DNA of 64,000 nt, taken from Ancylonema sp. (lineage: Eukaryota). The notes under the pieces are model-generated. The model was not told where the DNA came from and ran no database searches. It was given only the letters and a program-made list of their open reading frames with translations. Location: NCBI GenBank assembly GCA_050230475.1, contig JBFLGF010000056.1:1-64000 (forward strand), given 5' to 3'. Made by a program: the position numbers and the translations under genes. Shown here one piece after another: positions 13,376 through 27,441 of the stretch. Each line of letters begins with the position of its first letter. Position 1 is the first letter of the stretch.

Positions 13376-14058
13376 CTCAATGTTCTCAATTTTGGCGAGG
13401 ATGTGTGTCTGCCTGAGCTCTGCAAACTGGTTCAGGAACTCCCTCGCCTGCCACAACCCACAAACACAAACGGAAACAGACACCTGTGTCACCTGCTTTG
13501 CCTCTCGCAAAGATGCATGAAAAAACTTGGAGAAAGGTTTGAGTCTTTTTAGAGAGACATGCGGTCGTGAAAATGCGATTTCATTGGAGTGGTCCCACAC
13601 CGACAGCTTCACAACTTTGGTTGCGAATGAAAGTGAAGGTTGGTTGGTTGGAATAGTGAAAGTTGGTGGGTCGAGAAAAGGGGGGATGGGAGGTCAGACG
13701 GGAAATGAGTTCTTGGTACGTAGAGCTAGACCCGCCTTCGACCTATATGTTTGAATATAGGTCGACACAATTATGTGACGGGCATAACTTTTCATGAAGT
13801 TGTGAAAAGTTCACAATACTTATCATCCCCTTTCTTCTGTTCACTTGTTTTCGAAATCAATAAGTTTGTGTCATCTTCATCTTCTTGTCATTGTTTTTGG
13901 TGCAGATCATTTTTTTTGTAGACCATAATCACTTATATCAATTCTGCTGAAATTTCATTTGATTATTTCAAAACTTTTATTTCTATGTTATCGATATAAG
14001 AATATCGATGACATATCTATTTATATTATATACATATATATGTATATATGTAGATATG

Positions 14059-14135
<77 letters not shown>

Positions 14136-15955
14136 ATGTGTATAATACATGCATCATATATATACATATACACACACACATATCGATATACACGTATATT
14201 ATATATGCATATATATACATATGTAATATTATTCCATATGTAATATAATACATATATCCAAGTACATGTATAGATGTATATTATAGTCAGCATTGTCTTC
14301 ACTATGGGTGTTCATGATGCCAATTCTCAGTGCTGAATGTTCTGGCATGCAACACAGTTTTGGTCCAGATGGAGTCGGTATAACTGATGGAGTTGGTATA
14401 AAACCATGACTGGGACCATGATCATATCATCGCTATGATTACAACACACAGTTTCAGTCATCAGTATTCACCCCAATCCATTCATCCTCTCTATCTACCT
14501 TTCCTTCTATGTACAACCCAATACCCCAATACAGGCTTTAATTACAACCCCGTTATTTCATCCGACCCACATAAACCCTACAAACCCCCAAAAAAAGAAA
14601 AAAAAAAAAGAAAAAAAGCAAAAAAAAAACAAACAAAAAAAAAAACTTCAAAACCCGACTCACATGCCGCACATCCCCCGCGTTTCTTGTAAACGAAAGC
14701 GACAGAAAGTCGATCCCGTTTTTCACCCCCCACGTGCTGATGTTCTCTTTGTCTGCGTCGCTGAGCGTAGGCAGGTCGATGTGGACCCGGGCGGCGTGGG
14801 CCGTGAAGAGCACTCCGGTGATGGTGGCAGAATTTTTAACCACACACACCACATCATCGCCCTTGATTTCGTGCACCTGGACAGAGAGAAACGAAACAGG
14901 AATCATGATATTTGATGATCATGATAATAATAACAATAATAATAATTATAATAATAATAATAATAATAATTATTATTATTTTCATTTTTATTATTATTAT
15001 AATAATTATTTTTATTATTATTTTTGTTATTATTGTTGCTATTGTTATTATAAATATGAATATTAATATCAATATTGATATTGATATTGATATCGATATT
15101 ATTATTACTATTACTATTACTATTACTATTATCATTATTATTATTCTTATTATTCTTATTATTATTGTTATTATTATTATTGTTATTGTTTTTGTTATTG
15201 TTTTTTTTTTGTTATTGTTATTGTTAATGTTATCATTATTATTATTGTTATCACTATTTAATTATTGTTTTATAACAATTCTTATTATTATTATACATGT
15301 TTTTTTTTTTTTTTTAAATAATTATTTTTATTATTATTACCATTTGAATCATTATGTTATTATACTTTTATGATAATGCAACAATATGACATGACAAAAA
15401 TACGTTAACTTAATCACAAAATCATATAATCATACAATCATACAATCAGACAATCAGACAATCACATAATCATATAATCATATAATCATATAATCATATA
15501 ATCATACAATCATATAATCGTGTAATCATATAACTATATGATCATATAATAACATAACCACATAATCGTATAACCATATGATCATATAATAACATAACGA
15601 GACAATTCATGACCTGGCAACCCAATTGCGATGACTTTGCTGCCGTTTGGCAGCAATGGGGGGGTGAGTGGATGAGGTGTGATTTTGCTCCTATTTCTGA
15701 GACCTGGGTTTGCTGCCCCTCCCAGTACTGTGCTTCTTGCTCACTGTTCATGTGGGATTATACTTCATGACTGCATCACTTCTCACTTAAGTTCTTATTA
15801 TTAATCAATCATTATTTATCATAACATGGTAAGCATTACTATATGATGGCATGATGATGATCGTTATAATTAACAATGCTCGATATATCGATCATTGTTA
15901 TATATATATATACATATGTATATATATACATATATGTATATATATATATATATGT

Positions 15956-16000
<45 letters not shown>

Positions 16001-18477
16001 CATGATTCACCCATCAGCTGAGTCATATCGGATTACATTCCATAACTGTTGCCTGAACAGCAGCAGAGACAACAGCCAGCTGCGCTTCCCAATGGTTGGT
16101 CATTGGTTGGTTGTAGGTTGGTTTCCCTTACAGTGAGCCAGACTGAGGTGGTTTCGCTTCCCGTGAACAAATACTGGCCCACAAAAACGATGTCGCCCAC
16201 TTTCACAGCCTGCCAGCGGGACAGTCAGACACGGATCAGTCAGTTGGGACCGGGAGGTGCTGCATGCTTCACACACGTGCGAATGGTCCGGGTCGAGGAT
16301 GGCAATGAGGGGTTTGGAGTAAACATTATAGGAAGCAGGGACTGCGTTTCGGTGCACATGGAGAGAGTGTGTTGCGAGGCGCAGCAGTGAAAAGAGAGTG
16401 TTCTGTGCAGTGTTTCATTCATACCGTCCTGATTCAACACCAATGAAACGCAAAGTGTGTGAAAGAAGAAGAGCAGAAGAGTAGAAAAGCAGAGAAGCAG
16501 AGAAGCAGAGAAGCAGAGAAGCAGGAAACTTAGTAGTTGTAAGTCTCAGGGTCGATTCTGTGTGCGAGTTTGCGCCAGAGCACCTTGGCAAGTGCGTCGT
16601 AGTTGAGCGGGAGCCGCTCTGGGGAGGCGATGACCCCAGTGTCTGCTGCCAGCGTGACGTACGCCCCAGCCTTGAGCTCAATGGGGTTCCCGCTTTTGTT
16701 GCAGATGAACAGCTCGGGGCCGGTGGTGTCCAACATGGTCTGCGCACCCAAACAGGGTGCTGACTCAGCCGCTGACTCAGCGGCTGCCACTGCCACGTCA
16801 TCCACTGCTGTCTGGGGGGCTGGTCGGCCCACTGCTGACGTGGCAACAGTGCACAGTGCGTGGTTGTGGACGGATGTTGGTCGGAAATTTGGAGAAGTGG
16901 TTGGTTTCGGGAGACCTTATCTCTGTCGGCCTAAAGTGGTGTGAGTGTGAGGGAGTGGGTAGGGTTTGGGGTTTGACTGTATTTGCGACGAGGGACGTGA
17001 GGATGTTTTCAGTCCTTTTTTTTTTCTTTTTTTTTTTTTCTCGAACCCGAAACTGGGCCAACTGCTTCGAAAAAATCACAAGATTGGTGCAGAGACATTC
17101 TGGTGTTGGTGAAATGGCTGGCTGGCTGGCTAGCTGGCAAGGTCTACCAATGTGGGATCAGGGACAGATACAGGGACAGATAAGCTGAAGGGTGTGGTGA
17201 TGGTTTGGTCTCCCATCCCCCAACCCCGGTTGGACACCACAAAGCTTGCCAAAGTACAACGGGGGGGCGTGGGCGATTGACGATATTTGCTAGGTGTGAA
17301 ATGACTCATCATGTAATATGGTGTGAGTATGGATGAGTTCATGATATATTAGGATATGAGATTCTTCATGATGTGATATTGCGTGATATATGTTTTATTG
17401 TATGTCATGCAGCTTGACATACTTCATACTTCATAAGTCATAAGTCATGATGATGTTCAAGATCGAGGATCGCCAAACAAGTTCCTCACCGCACAAAGTT
17501 TTTTCGTTTTGTTGACGGCCGCTTTCACGTTGTCCAGGGTCTCTTGGTGGTACTCAGAGTCGCCTTGTGAGAAATCAAATCGCGCCACTGAATTACACAG
17601 GAGATTCCAACATACACAAGGTCACTGGGCGGGCACAGGGGGCAGGGAAACGGCTGCACTTGGAACCGAAGCTGGCTGAACACCTGGTTGACGCACTGGC
17701 TTGTGTTGTTTCAAAAGCGACATGAATGGTATGCTGACATCATTACATCATTATGCTATGCCAATTCGACGTTGTTCGAGTTTTTTGAAGGCTGAAATGC
17801 AGAGAAGCCGCGGTCTCAAGAGTGTGACAACACCATACGAGTTTTTATTTATTTATAGACTTGAGGTTTTTTATTGTGACTCTTAGGGCAAGTACAAATA
17901 ACATCAGGCCAGGACATGTTGGATCAAGAGGGGATTCTATGCAATCACGATATAAAAATAGAGACAAGCGCAGGTTTGATGCCTACCTGTCATGCCAGCA
18001 TTCAGCAAAGCTTCAATTGTTTCAACGGATCTGGATTGCTGACCCAGTGTCCCGATGATTTTCGTCATAGATGACAGTGGTTTCTGAACCACATCCCCGA
18101 GCTCCAGGGCGACAATGAATACGACATGGCAGGAGCTTCGTCTTTCCAAATATATTATGATAGAGGTACCAATGACTCATGACAGTTCGTTATTACTTAG
18201 TGCTCGATTGTTTTAAATGTGCCATGGTTAGCTTACAGCATACTGGCAGAGTGTGCTACCATGAAGAAAATACATCAAGCAATTAGAATTGAAAGCTTTC
18301 CCGATCGAATTCTTGAGCCTGCTGACTAGACGTGATGCAGCCGGGTAGTAACGACATGGCCAGCTGCGTCCATTATAATTAGCTGCGCATGATGAAGCGT
18401 GGGGTCACCTGAGTGGCCGATTCGAGAATGGAGGCAAGCCTGATGGGCTCCTCGAGGAGCAGATGACTAGCCTGCAT
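13376..18477 (-). CDS. Cytosolic pyruvate kinase (plant '[13 protein letters not shown]' type); only N-terminal 7 exons present, 3' half not found in window
   Basis: Exons: 18477-18409 ([19 protein letters not shown]), 18083-17987 (MTKIIGTLG), 17587-17490 ([14 protein letters not shown]), 16739-16584 (MLDTTGPEL), 16209-16132 ([17 protein letters not shown]), 14876-14664 ([21 protein letters not shown]), 13447-13376 (ILAKIENIE). All GT-AG and in phase, about 261 codons with no stop. Confidence 0.9.
14915..15600. repeat. Compound (ATT/AAT)n microsatellite followed by ATCATAT/ATCATACA 7-8-mer repeats in a pyruvate kinase intron
   Basis: Directly visible tandem repeats. They explain the poly-Ile/Asn ORFs in the track. 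Confidence 0.9.
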
Positions 18478-19844
18478 GATTGCAAAATTGAAGAAACGAA
18501 CTACAAATTGATCAGAAAATTTGCAGCACAGGTTTTACGTAAAAGTCTTCAAGTGCGATCTTCTGTCTGGCAGACGTGATTGCGAGGCGAAATGAATCAC
18601 GATCGTAAAGGAATTTCCTAGTGCACTAACGATCACGGCTGCAGAGGGTCGGGAGTTGCTGAATGCAGAATGACATTCTCACATTGTACGCCATTTCGCC
18701 AGGCAGAAGTCAGGTTCAGATCGCTGGCTGAGGTTCCCCTGTGGTGTCAGCGGTATCTTTTGCAGTAATTGGTCCGCTAGTCTCTGTCACCGGTCACATG
18801 TGCAGAAGCGCGAATGAGTGTTCTCGTCAGACATCGTGGTGGTCCAAGCATGTCGGAATAATATCCGCTGTAGAATCTTGCTCCGGCCCTCGTAAAGAAC
18901 GAATGTCGGAGTCCAGATTTCCAGGTCCAGAGTTTTCATACGACCATTCAAATGTCTGTACTGAATCTTAAGGTCCGCTATGGTGCTTGATAATTCGCTC
19001 TGTACTAATTTGATAATTAAATATCCATCGACTGATTGGTAGTAGTTATGTTATACAAAACGGTTTCCATGTACTAGATTTGATATTATCGACTAAACAT
19101 TTATATGATGGCCAATGATGTCAGGGGATTGAAGTTCCAAATTTCTTGTCGCCTAGAGGCAAATACGAGACGATTCCTGGAATGTAACTTGCCAGGTGGC
19201 CGAACAGAACCAAATGCAGGGCACACCGCCAGAAAGAGCCCCCCGCGCCAGGCCCGGATTACTCGTGTCAAATCAAACCGCTTACTTCGTGCGAAGGCGG
19301 CGTTGACTTACACTGCGATGGAAGTCGCTCGTCACCTACTCTATACAGTGACGGCCTCTATCGTCCATCGTTTTTGGGCACCCGACCCGCCACTATTTCT
19401 GAAGACGTGACATGTCATAGGCACAAACATGGGAAAAATAAGCAGTATGGATTCGCCTCTGCTTTTGCGTTAGACGCCCCTTCCCATCACAAATGCGATT
19501 TTCCTCTCTTAGTCTGCTTCTCTAGCATGTGTCACGCCTGGCTCATCAGACAGTAACCTTTGTACCAAAATGAGGTTGGCCATTCCGCGTCTGATCTCCT
19601 CAAGACTTGGCTGTTTTCCACGTCCTGCCATCGATCCACCTGCCAAGCGTAAGTATTGAAAACTCGGTCAAATACAGAATGGACAACCCCTTCATCCTCA
19701 AACTCGACATCATTGTGTAACTCGCAGCAGCAGCGCTAGCGACAGAAGTTGCCTCCGTGGCAGAAGGACTCTTCATCACTTCGATCTTCCAATTGCCGTG
19801 AAACCAGCCCGCCCGTACCGTACCTATCCGTACGCCTTCTCAAC

Positions 19845-20894
19845 ATGGCACCTGATGCAAGTAACCTCATTGGAAAGCTCCTCAGCCCCTCCGGCAGAGG
19901 TTCGGGTAAAGAGCGCCCCCCTCATCGCTCCAAAACTCCCGGAAAACCCGACGCGATCCTCCTTCTGGAAGACTTTAAGCTGCTAGGTACGGTCGATGTA
20001 CGGAGGTCAGTCCTGGCTCAGCGCGAAAAGCGGCTCGCGCCGGGCGGTATCGCCAGACAGGACGGGTCGGTAGGCAGTGGCAACGTTGAGCTGGAGAGCA
20101 CCATTATCCCACACCAGAGCTACAAATGGGAAATCGACCCCACCAAGCTCGTCCTGAAGAAGTACATCGCTAAGGGGACTTACGGTACGGTGCATCGCGG
20201 GTTCTTTTGCGGCCGCGACGTGGCAGGTGGGCCTTTCTTGCCTTCCCCACCTGCCCCCCAACATTACAGCCCCAGCTGCAGCTCCAGCTGTAGCTGTATC
20301 TTTAGTTGGTGCGGCTTGAATGGCGGACAGTAAAAGCAGAGGCATACCCCCGCTATAAGGGGCCAGTGGCTGGACTGTTGGAGTATTTCTGCTCGAGCAC
20401 AGGTCGGCTGTGCACACAGATTCTGTCCTTTTATCGAGAGAAAGATGTATTAGGTTGGAGGAGTATGTATAAGGTGGGAAGATAGGCAGGTTGCGTAGTG
20501 ATACGCGAATACAGGAGTTTTAAGTGCAATGTGTTCGGGAGTTATTTATTTTACACATGTCCGCAAATGGGCTGGCATACGTATGGGTCTGCATGTCTAT
20601 CCTCTGCAAATCACAACTGCATCGTCTTTAGTTTTTTCTTTTGATTTTGTTTACTTTTCCTGTTTCTTCTTTTTTTCATTCTTCTTCTTCTTCTTCCCCT
20701 AGCTTCATCCCGGAACCAATTCTGGTGAACGGAAAACTACATTAAATAAAAAAAATAAAAAAAATAAAAAAAATAAAAAAAATAAACATATATATGCACA
20801 TATATATATACATATACATACATATATATATATTTTTATATATATACACATATATATGTATATGTATATGTATATGTATATCTATATCTATATC

Positions 20895-20974
<80 letters not shown>

Positions 20975-23422
20975 CATAAATATATTTTGATGTATGTATA
21001 TGTATATACATATAACACGTGCCTGGCCTGGGTGGTGGGCCTGTTTGCAGTGAAGCTGCTGGACTGGGGGGAAGACGACGCACCTGCTAGAGGCGACTTA
21101 CGAGAGCTGCGAGAGGCCTTCATCCAAGAAGTGACTGTATGGAGTAAGCTGGACCACCACAACGTGACTCAATTCGTGGGTGCAATCCTGGGGGGGGCCA
21201 AAGGGTTCCACATCCCCTCTACAGTGATGGGCAACTCGGATAACATGTTAGTGGACGGCCACGTGAGCTGCGTGGTGTTGGAGTATGTGTCAGGGGGGAC
21301 TCTGAAGGCGTATATAACGAAGCACAAGGACAAGAAGCTGCCGCTTTCTACGGTGAAGCACCTGGGGCTCGATATTGCGAGGGGGTAAGTGCGGCTGGGC
21401 GGCTGGGCGGCTGGGTTGCAGTGTTTGTACACTTTTTATGTACGTAGATAACTTATTTGTTGTTATGCTTTATGCTGTTTGTTTGCTTTTTTTTGGGGGG
21501 GGGAGAGGGGGGGGATGGTGATAAGTATGATGTAGGACAGAAATGAGGGAAGAAAACAGAGAAAATAAAAGAAGGAAGGGAATAATATCGAAATCATCAT
21601 AACACTCTAGCCTTTATCTCACTGATATGATTGACGCAAACAGCTGAAACAGTAATTGAAATAGTATTTGAAACAACAACATACGACAAGAGCAGGAGAG
21701 ATACTGTCAAATTTGATAATATTACATACGTAGACAATGATTGGAAAAAGAAACACAAAGCATAAATGCCTAAATGCCTCTATCATACTACAAACTACTT
21801 ACATTAGTTTGTGACTATAACGAGAGTGTTTCAAGATTGATCAATATGATGGCGTCCCTTACAGTCACGCACATATGTGTAAACGGATCGTAATTTTCAG
21901 TCCACTCGTACTTTATTCTGACTCACCATAATAAAAAATCATAATTTACGCCAGTGGTCGAACGAACATAGCATCGCATTTTTCTCTAAGGTCCAAAGAG
22001 AGACCCCCGCACTTCTCACTCCTAACTCAGAAAACAGAGCACACGAATACCAAGTAGTGCGTACATGGGCAGGCTGGCGTACCTCCATTCCAAGCGCATC
22101 GTGCACCGCGATGTGAAGTCCGAAAACATGTTGCTCAACAAAGAGCTGACGGTGAAGATCGCAGACTTTGGAGTGTCCAGAATCGAGCAGGGGAATGTGA
22201 AGTCCATGCGCGCCCTGGCAGGTACGGGACAGGGGCTGGGGATGGAGGATGGGGGCTTGGGTTCGAGGGATGGGGGGGAGGGGTTGGGGGCTTTGGGGTA
22301 GGGGCTGTAGGATTGGACTGGGAGATGGAGGCTGGGGGGTTGGGGAGTGAGGGGATGGGGAGGAGGATAGGAGAGGTAAGGAGGGGGTGATAAAGCTGAA
22401 GTGGCAGTGGAGACTAGAAGGAAGGAAAAGAGGTGTGGAAAGCAGACAGCTTTATCAGATTAGAGGGGTGTACTGTGAACAAAGCGGGAAAAGACTATGT
22501 TTTGAGACCATGTGAATGTTAGGCTCGTTACAAAGCTCTGAAGGGAATGAAGTGCATTTGAGTCGAGGCGATGGGATGGAGTGCGTGACGTTGCAGAGCT
22601 TGGGATGCGATACTTTGGTTTCTCATTTCGTGTTTGTCTTTTTCTTGGTTTCTCGATTTTGTTGTTGGTTGGGTTCAGGCACGTACGGTTATATGGCACC
22701 TGAGGTGAGCGCTGATATGGATGGCTGCTCGATGCCCAGAGCTGGTTTTTTTTGTGGGAAGAGAAGGGATACAGGAAGCCAATTTTGAGAAAGAGAAGAT
22801 ATCAATTGAAAGACAAAAGAAGAAGGGGGGAGAGGGGGAAGGGGGGGGGGGGACAAGGTTCATTTTGGGTAAAAGAAGAGGAAAATAAATGAAAAAAGAG
22901 TCGATCAAAAAGGTACAAATAAACAAACAAGCATTCAAATCTAGTAAACAAACAAAGAGGCATTCAAATGAGAAGATCGATGCAGAGCCAAACAACAAAC
23001 AAGAGGGCAGTTTGGTTTCAGCGGCCTCTTTCTACACCTAGCGCTCACACCTGGCCTGTTTCCAGGTGCTGCTGGGCAACCCTTATGACCACAAAGTGGA
23101 CGTGTACTCCTTTGGCATCCTCCTCTGGGAGGTGTACTGCTGCAAAGACCCCTTCCCCTTCCACCAGTTTACACCCAACGACATCAAAAGCTTTGTCACC
23201 CAAGGCATGCGGCCCGAAATGCCAGCCTGCTGCCCCCCAGCCCTCGGCACAATCATGACCCGGTGCTGGGACAAGAACGCGGATACCCGCCCGAGTATGG
23301 AGGAGGTGGTGCGGTTATTGGAGGGGATCGATGTGAAGCATGGGGGGGAGATGAAGCCTAGTATTAAGGCGGAGTATCAGCTGCAAACCACCTCTTGCGC
23401 GTGCTTCTCCTTCCTGCAGTGA
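19845..23422 (+). CDS. Raf-like MAPKKK Ser/Thr/Tyr kinase, subgroup C (MRK1/CBC-type), 5 exons
   Basis: Exons: 19845-20226 ([20 protein letters not shown]), 21051-21384 ([37 protein letters not shown]), 22073-22221 ([19 protein letters not shown]), 22679-22704 (GTYGYMAPE), 23066-23422 ([27 protein letters not shown]). AVKxLDWGED and the C-terminal GGxM...CxCF are typical of this subgroup. Confidence 0.93.
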
Positions 23423-25709
23423 GGGTGGCAGAATGGCAGAATGGGAGAATGGCAGAAAGGAGGGAGGCAGAAAGGTGGGGAGGGGAGTTGGAGCAGAAGC
23501 GGAGGAAGGGGGTGGGCAGAAGTGCTCGCACATGTGGCATGTGCAAGGTTGGCGTAGTTAAAACCGAGTATGAGAGGAGGAAGGGGCGAAATGGTTGTCT
23601 CAGACTTTGCAGGGTCGAGGTTTCGGGGGGGGGATCCGGGTGAGGTTTGATGGATTTTTGGGGATATTTGATGGGAGGTGAGAGGTGGGACACTAATTAA
23701 ATCCACATTCAGGTCTTACTTGGATGGGGGGGGGGGGGGGTAAGAGGCGGACAAGTAGATTGGGGATGGGAGGGGTGGGAATGGAAAATATTGAATCATG
23801 CATTCTTGACGGTATAGACACGGAGGATGATCTGAAAGAAGTTTAGGGACTGTGGGGGTAACCCCTATTGCAATATTGTGATGTTGTAAATAATAAGGAT
23901 ATCCGAAGTTGTGATTAGCAGATTTCTTACATGAAAGAGGGCTGGGTGGAAATGTTTGCGGAGTGTTTGTGTAGAGTGTTTGCAAGCATGGAGAGGTGAA
24001 GTGTGTGGAGGGTTAGATGAAGGATTTCAACTGAAGGTTGAAATACATACCAATACATACGTATTGGGAGGGTATGTACGTGAGATAAGAGATTATAATT
24101 TTACGGTGGAAGGACACCTAAGTACATATATATTCAATGCTAGTATGTGACACGTGTGAAAGTGTAAGCACCAAACATGTTTCAGGTCACGAGGGTGAAT
24201 AAATGGAGAGGTGACAATAACGTCCAGAATTTTAACAAGATTAGGGAATGTTTTAGAATATCAAATGCAAATAGCCCACACCCGGAATTCTTTGGCAATG
24301 CACAAATTTTATTGCAATGAATGACATAGAAGTTCACCAAAAAGAGAAAGAAAATGTTGCACAATCCTACAACTGAACTGCACCTCCAAGCATGCATCCC
24401 TCAAGCCCACCAACACCAATAACAGCCTTCAACCGATGAGTAATGACGTCGAGAGAGCACACTCACAGATACACTCACACACACTACTCACCCACCTATC
24501 CTAAGCACTTAGGTGACATCATTCACTTCATGGATATCCATGAAGCCTTCATTCCTTCTCCCATATGCACCATTCCTATACCGCCACCATGACCCTCTCC
24601 TAAAATTGCGCCCCTTCAAGTCCCCACCATGACTCGTTTCCCACAACAAGAAGACAACCCCATCCTTGATGGTAGACATGGTTGGAATGCCACCCTCGCC
24701 TCCATTCCCTCCCCCTACCCCCGATCTGCAAGAGGGTGATCCGGGAAGAGTGCAGACGACCACTAGAGAGTTTTATGGGGGGTGACCTCATCCACTTCGT
24801 TCTACGAATTCTATTAAAATTCGTAGATTCTGTATATGCGTCGAGACCATCTTTGATGGTGTGATATTTGTCGAGTAAAAGTGCCCCGCGCCAAAGTGTT
24901 AAAAAGGCCATCCAGGTTGTCTTAAAAATTGCGGCCGATTGGCGGCATCCCATCTCCATTTTAATAGAAAGAAGAACAAACTCCGCATCTGAGGTAGTTG
25001 TGTAACAAGTTTGGTAGTTGTGTAGATTGTGTGGTTGGGTAGGCATTTTACGCAACTACCTCATGGCCCCCCAGGAGAGTGACCGTCTCTCGCCCAGCCT
25101 CTCCACCATGAGCACCTTCTCCTCATTCACCCTACCAACAACCCTCTCACCAATCTCCCAGAGCCACGTGGCCAATTGGATCCCAACCCCCCCCACCCCA
25201 ATGACAGCTGGCATAGAGAGAGACGTTCCCACCCTCCCAGCCTCATGACTGGCTGGCAGTGGTGCACCCATCCCCCATCCCCCATCCCCTCAACCTCGTC
25301 TCCATCAAAAGACACTCCTCGTCCCCCATCGGCTTTCCCTCTCCCCACAAATATAGAGCCTTTTGACGAAGTTATTAAAAGTGAGAGGTTTGGGAACCTT
25401 AGTCCCAAACTAGCACTGAGTTCTCTACCTGGAGACATATTTCATGGATTTGAGAACCTTGCAGACCCCCCTGCGTGCGGAGTAAGGCGGCTTGGGAGGT
25501 AAGAGATGGGTGTATGCAGAGGGGTGAGGATTCGAGGCCACAGATGCGTATCGCGTCACGTATCGCTCATTCAGTGTATCGCGATGGATATCTGAAACAG
25601 GCCCCCTCACGTGAAGTGTTTTTCGAATTCCATCCCATCGAATTCCATAACATCAAAAACGTATCTTGATACACCACAGCATGTGACATTCACGAGTCCT
25701 CATCTATCT

Positions 25710-27441
25710 CCATCATTGTCCAACGTCTCCCAAACGAGCGCTGATGTCCAAACTGGGCCTTCTCAAAAATATGTTTTCGGGCTTCAGGTCGCAGTGCATG
25801 ATCCCCTTGTGATGCATGAAATGGACGGATGAGATGAGCGATCACAGCACGCACGCAGCCTCTCTTTCGGAGTAGAAGCGGCGGATGAGCAGGGGACACA
25901 ACAACTCCCCCCCCTTGCACACCTCCGTTATAAGGTGGCCGTTCTGTCATAAGAAGCAAATGTGCGACTTTTCAATGTAAAATGTGAAATATATGTGAGA
26001 AAATTTGTGGCAACACAAGAGTATGGATAGCGAGACAAAACCGGTCGTTAACGAGACCACCCACCAGTCAGAGAGGTAGCGGTCATTTACGGACGCACTT
26101 ACCAATTGTGCTGCACTTAGCCATCAGCGATATCTCAACTTTATCTCAACATTACCCTAACATTATCTCAACATTATCTCAACATTACCCTAACATTATC
26201 CCAACATTATCTCGACTTTATCTCAACATCATCTCAATACTATCTCAACATTATCTCAACTTTATCTCAACATTATCTCATCATCATCTCAACAATATCT
26301 CAATATTATCTCAACATCGTCTCAACAGTATCTCAGCGTTCTCTCAGCATTCTCTCATCGTCACTCCAACATTAAGTCGTTCGTTCAAGCTGAAGTCGCA
26401 GTTGGCCGCCACGTAATCAGTTGTGTTTGTTTTCAAACAACTGTACCGTCCGTGTCAAAAAGTAGAATTGCAGCTGTCGGTTATCACCTTTTCAGTCGAA
26501 CACAGAATGTTCACCATAAGCTGAGCCGATAAACTCGGACCTGCATCGTATTGTCGGCGCTGTTCCGTTGTCAGCTATTTATGCATTATTTCCAAAGGCC
26601 AGGTGGCGGCATTCCCCTTTCTCACCTCCTTGAATTGCAGCATTGTGTTGTGATGCGCCACGTCACGCATCCCCGCTACCTCCATCACGAAAGCATCGAC
26701 ATCCTCCTGACTCTCTAGAAACCGCTTTGCCACTTTGCATCGCCAAGCCCGCGCCTTCCCCTCCCCCCTCCCCCCTCCCCCTACCCTTGGCCTCTCTGCA
26801 ACGACGAACCACCCCTATAGCCCCACTCTCATGAAGGCCTTTGAGATGGTACCGGATGGAAATTTGTATGTACACGGAAGAGAAAATGCGAGTGGTCAAC
26901 AGTCTGTTCGGGAGCCTGTCCGCATAACTAACGAATTCATACGAATGCGGTTTGGTATAAGTGAGGGTCCGTGGCTGTCGAATTCCGCGACGGTCTTTGA
27001 TGGTTGCGACTTGAGCGCTGCGACATCGAGCCAGTCGGCGCCTCCGATTATGTATTTTCTCAAGGGATGCACTTACGCGTTGACACCAAACTGCTTCGGT
27101 GTGTCTCTGTCATTGCGCCAGCCTATGGCACGCAAGCTGAGATGCAGCTGGGCTCCCCAGCTAGTATCGGATTTTTTATGCGAAGTGCTGTCCCGAAATG
27201 AGGGCCACAGTGACACAGACGCGTCTACACGAGTGCTGTTTGGGGCCTTGACCTCTAGGCAGTAAGTGTCCGACTGGCGATGCATGGGGCTACGAGGATA
27301 CAAGGGAGATGAAGGAGTTCGGTGCACGCCGGGCGGCGACCGGATCGTGGCTTCATGGAGATATGCGCGCTGCTGATGTACTGAACCACCTTCTCTGAAC
27401 TCCGTAGACCGGAGGGCTTGAGGCCCTCCAGCAATGCCCAC
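25710..27441 (-). pseudogene. CDPK/CAMK-like protein kinase pseudogene (N-terminal half of the kinase domain)
   Basis: ~26860-26626 reads RYHLKGLHESGAIGVVRRCRE /frameshift/ CKVAKRFLESQEDVDAFVMEVAGMRDVAHHNTMLQFKE, ending at a GTGAG donor. ~26440-26375 reads LFENKHN*LRGGQL. ~25860-25710 reads AACVL*SLISSVHFMHHKGIMHCDLKPENIFL..ARLGDVG. Contains stops, a frameshift and HRD>HCD. Confidence 0.8.
26130..26372. repeat. 11-bp minisatellite (ATTATCTCAAC)n
   Basis: About 20 imperfect tandem copies, lying between exon remnants of the kinase pseudogene. Confidence 0.9.

Noticed and set aside
14854..15373. Poly-Ile/Asn and Tyr-Ile ORFs (also 6042-6316, 13959-14302, 20742-21162)
   Set aside because: They are translations of (ATT)n and (AT)n microsatellites inside introns.
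24500..25610. Short ORFs on both strands, possibly the 3' part of the CDPK-like pseudogene
   Set aside because: I could not identify kinase subdomains VIII-XI, the junction region or EF-hands, so this stays unassigned.
26108..26416. Repeat array and repetitive ORF as a possible CRISPR or repeat protein
   Set aside because: Contiguous 11-bp units with no unique spacers and no cas genes, in a eukaryotic intron context.
26735..27265. 176-aa plus-strand ORF
   Set aside because: Overlaps the minus-strand kinase pseudogene and has no recognisable motif.
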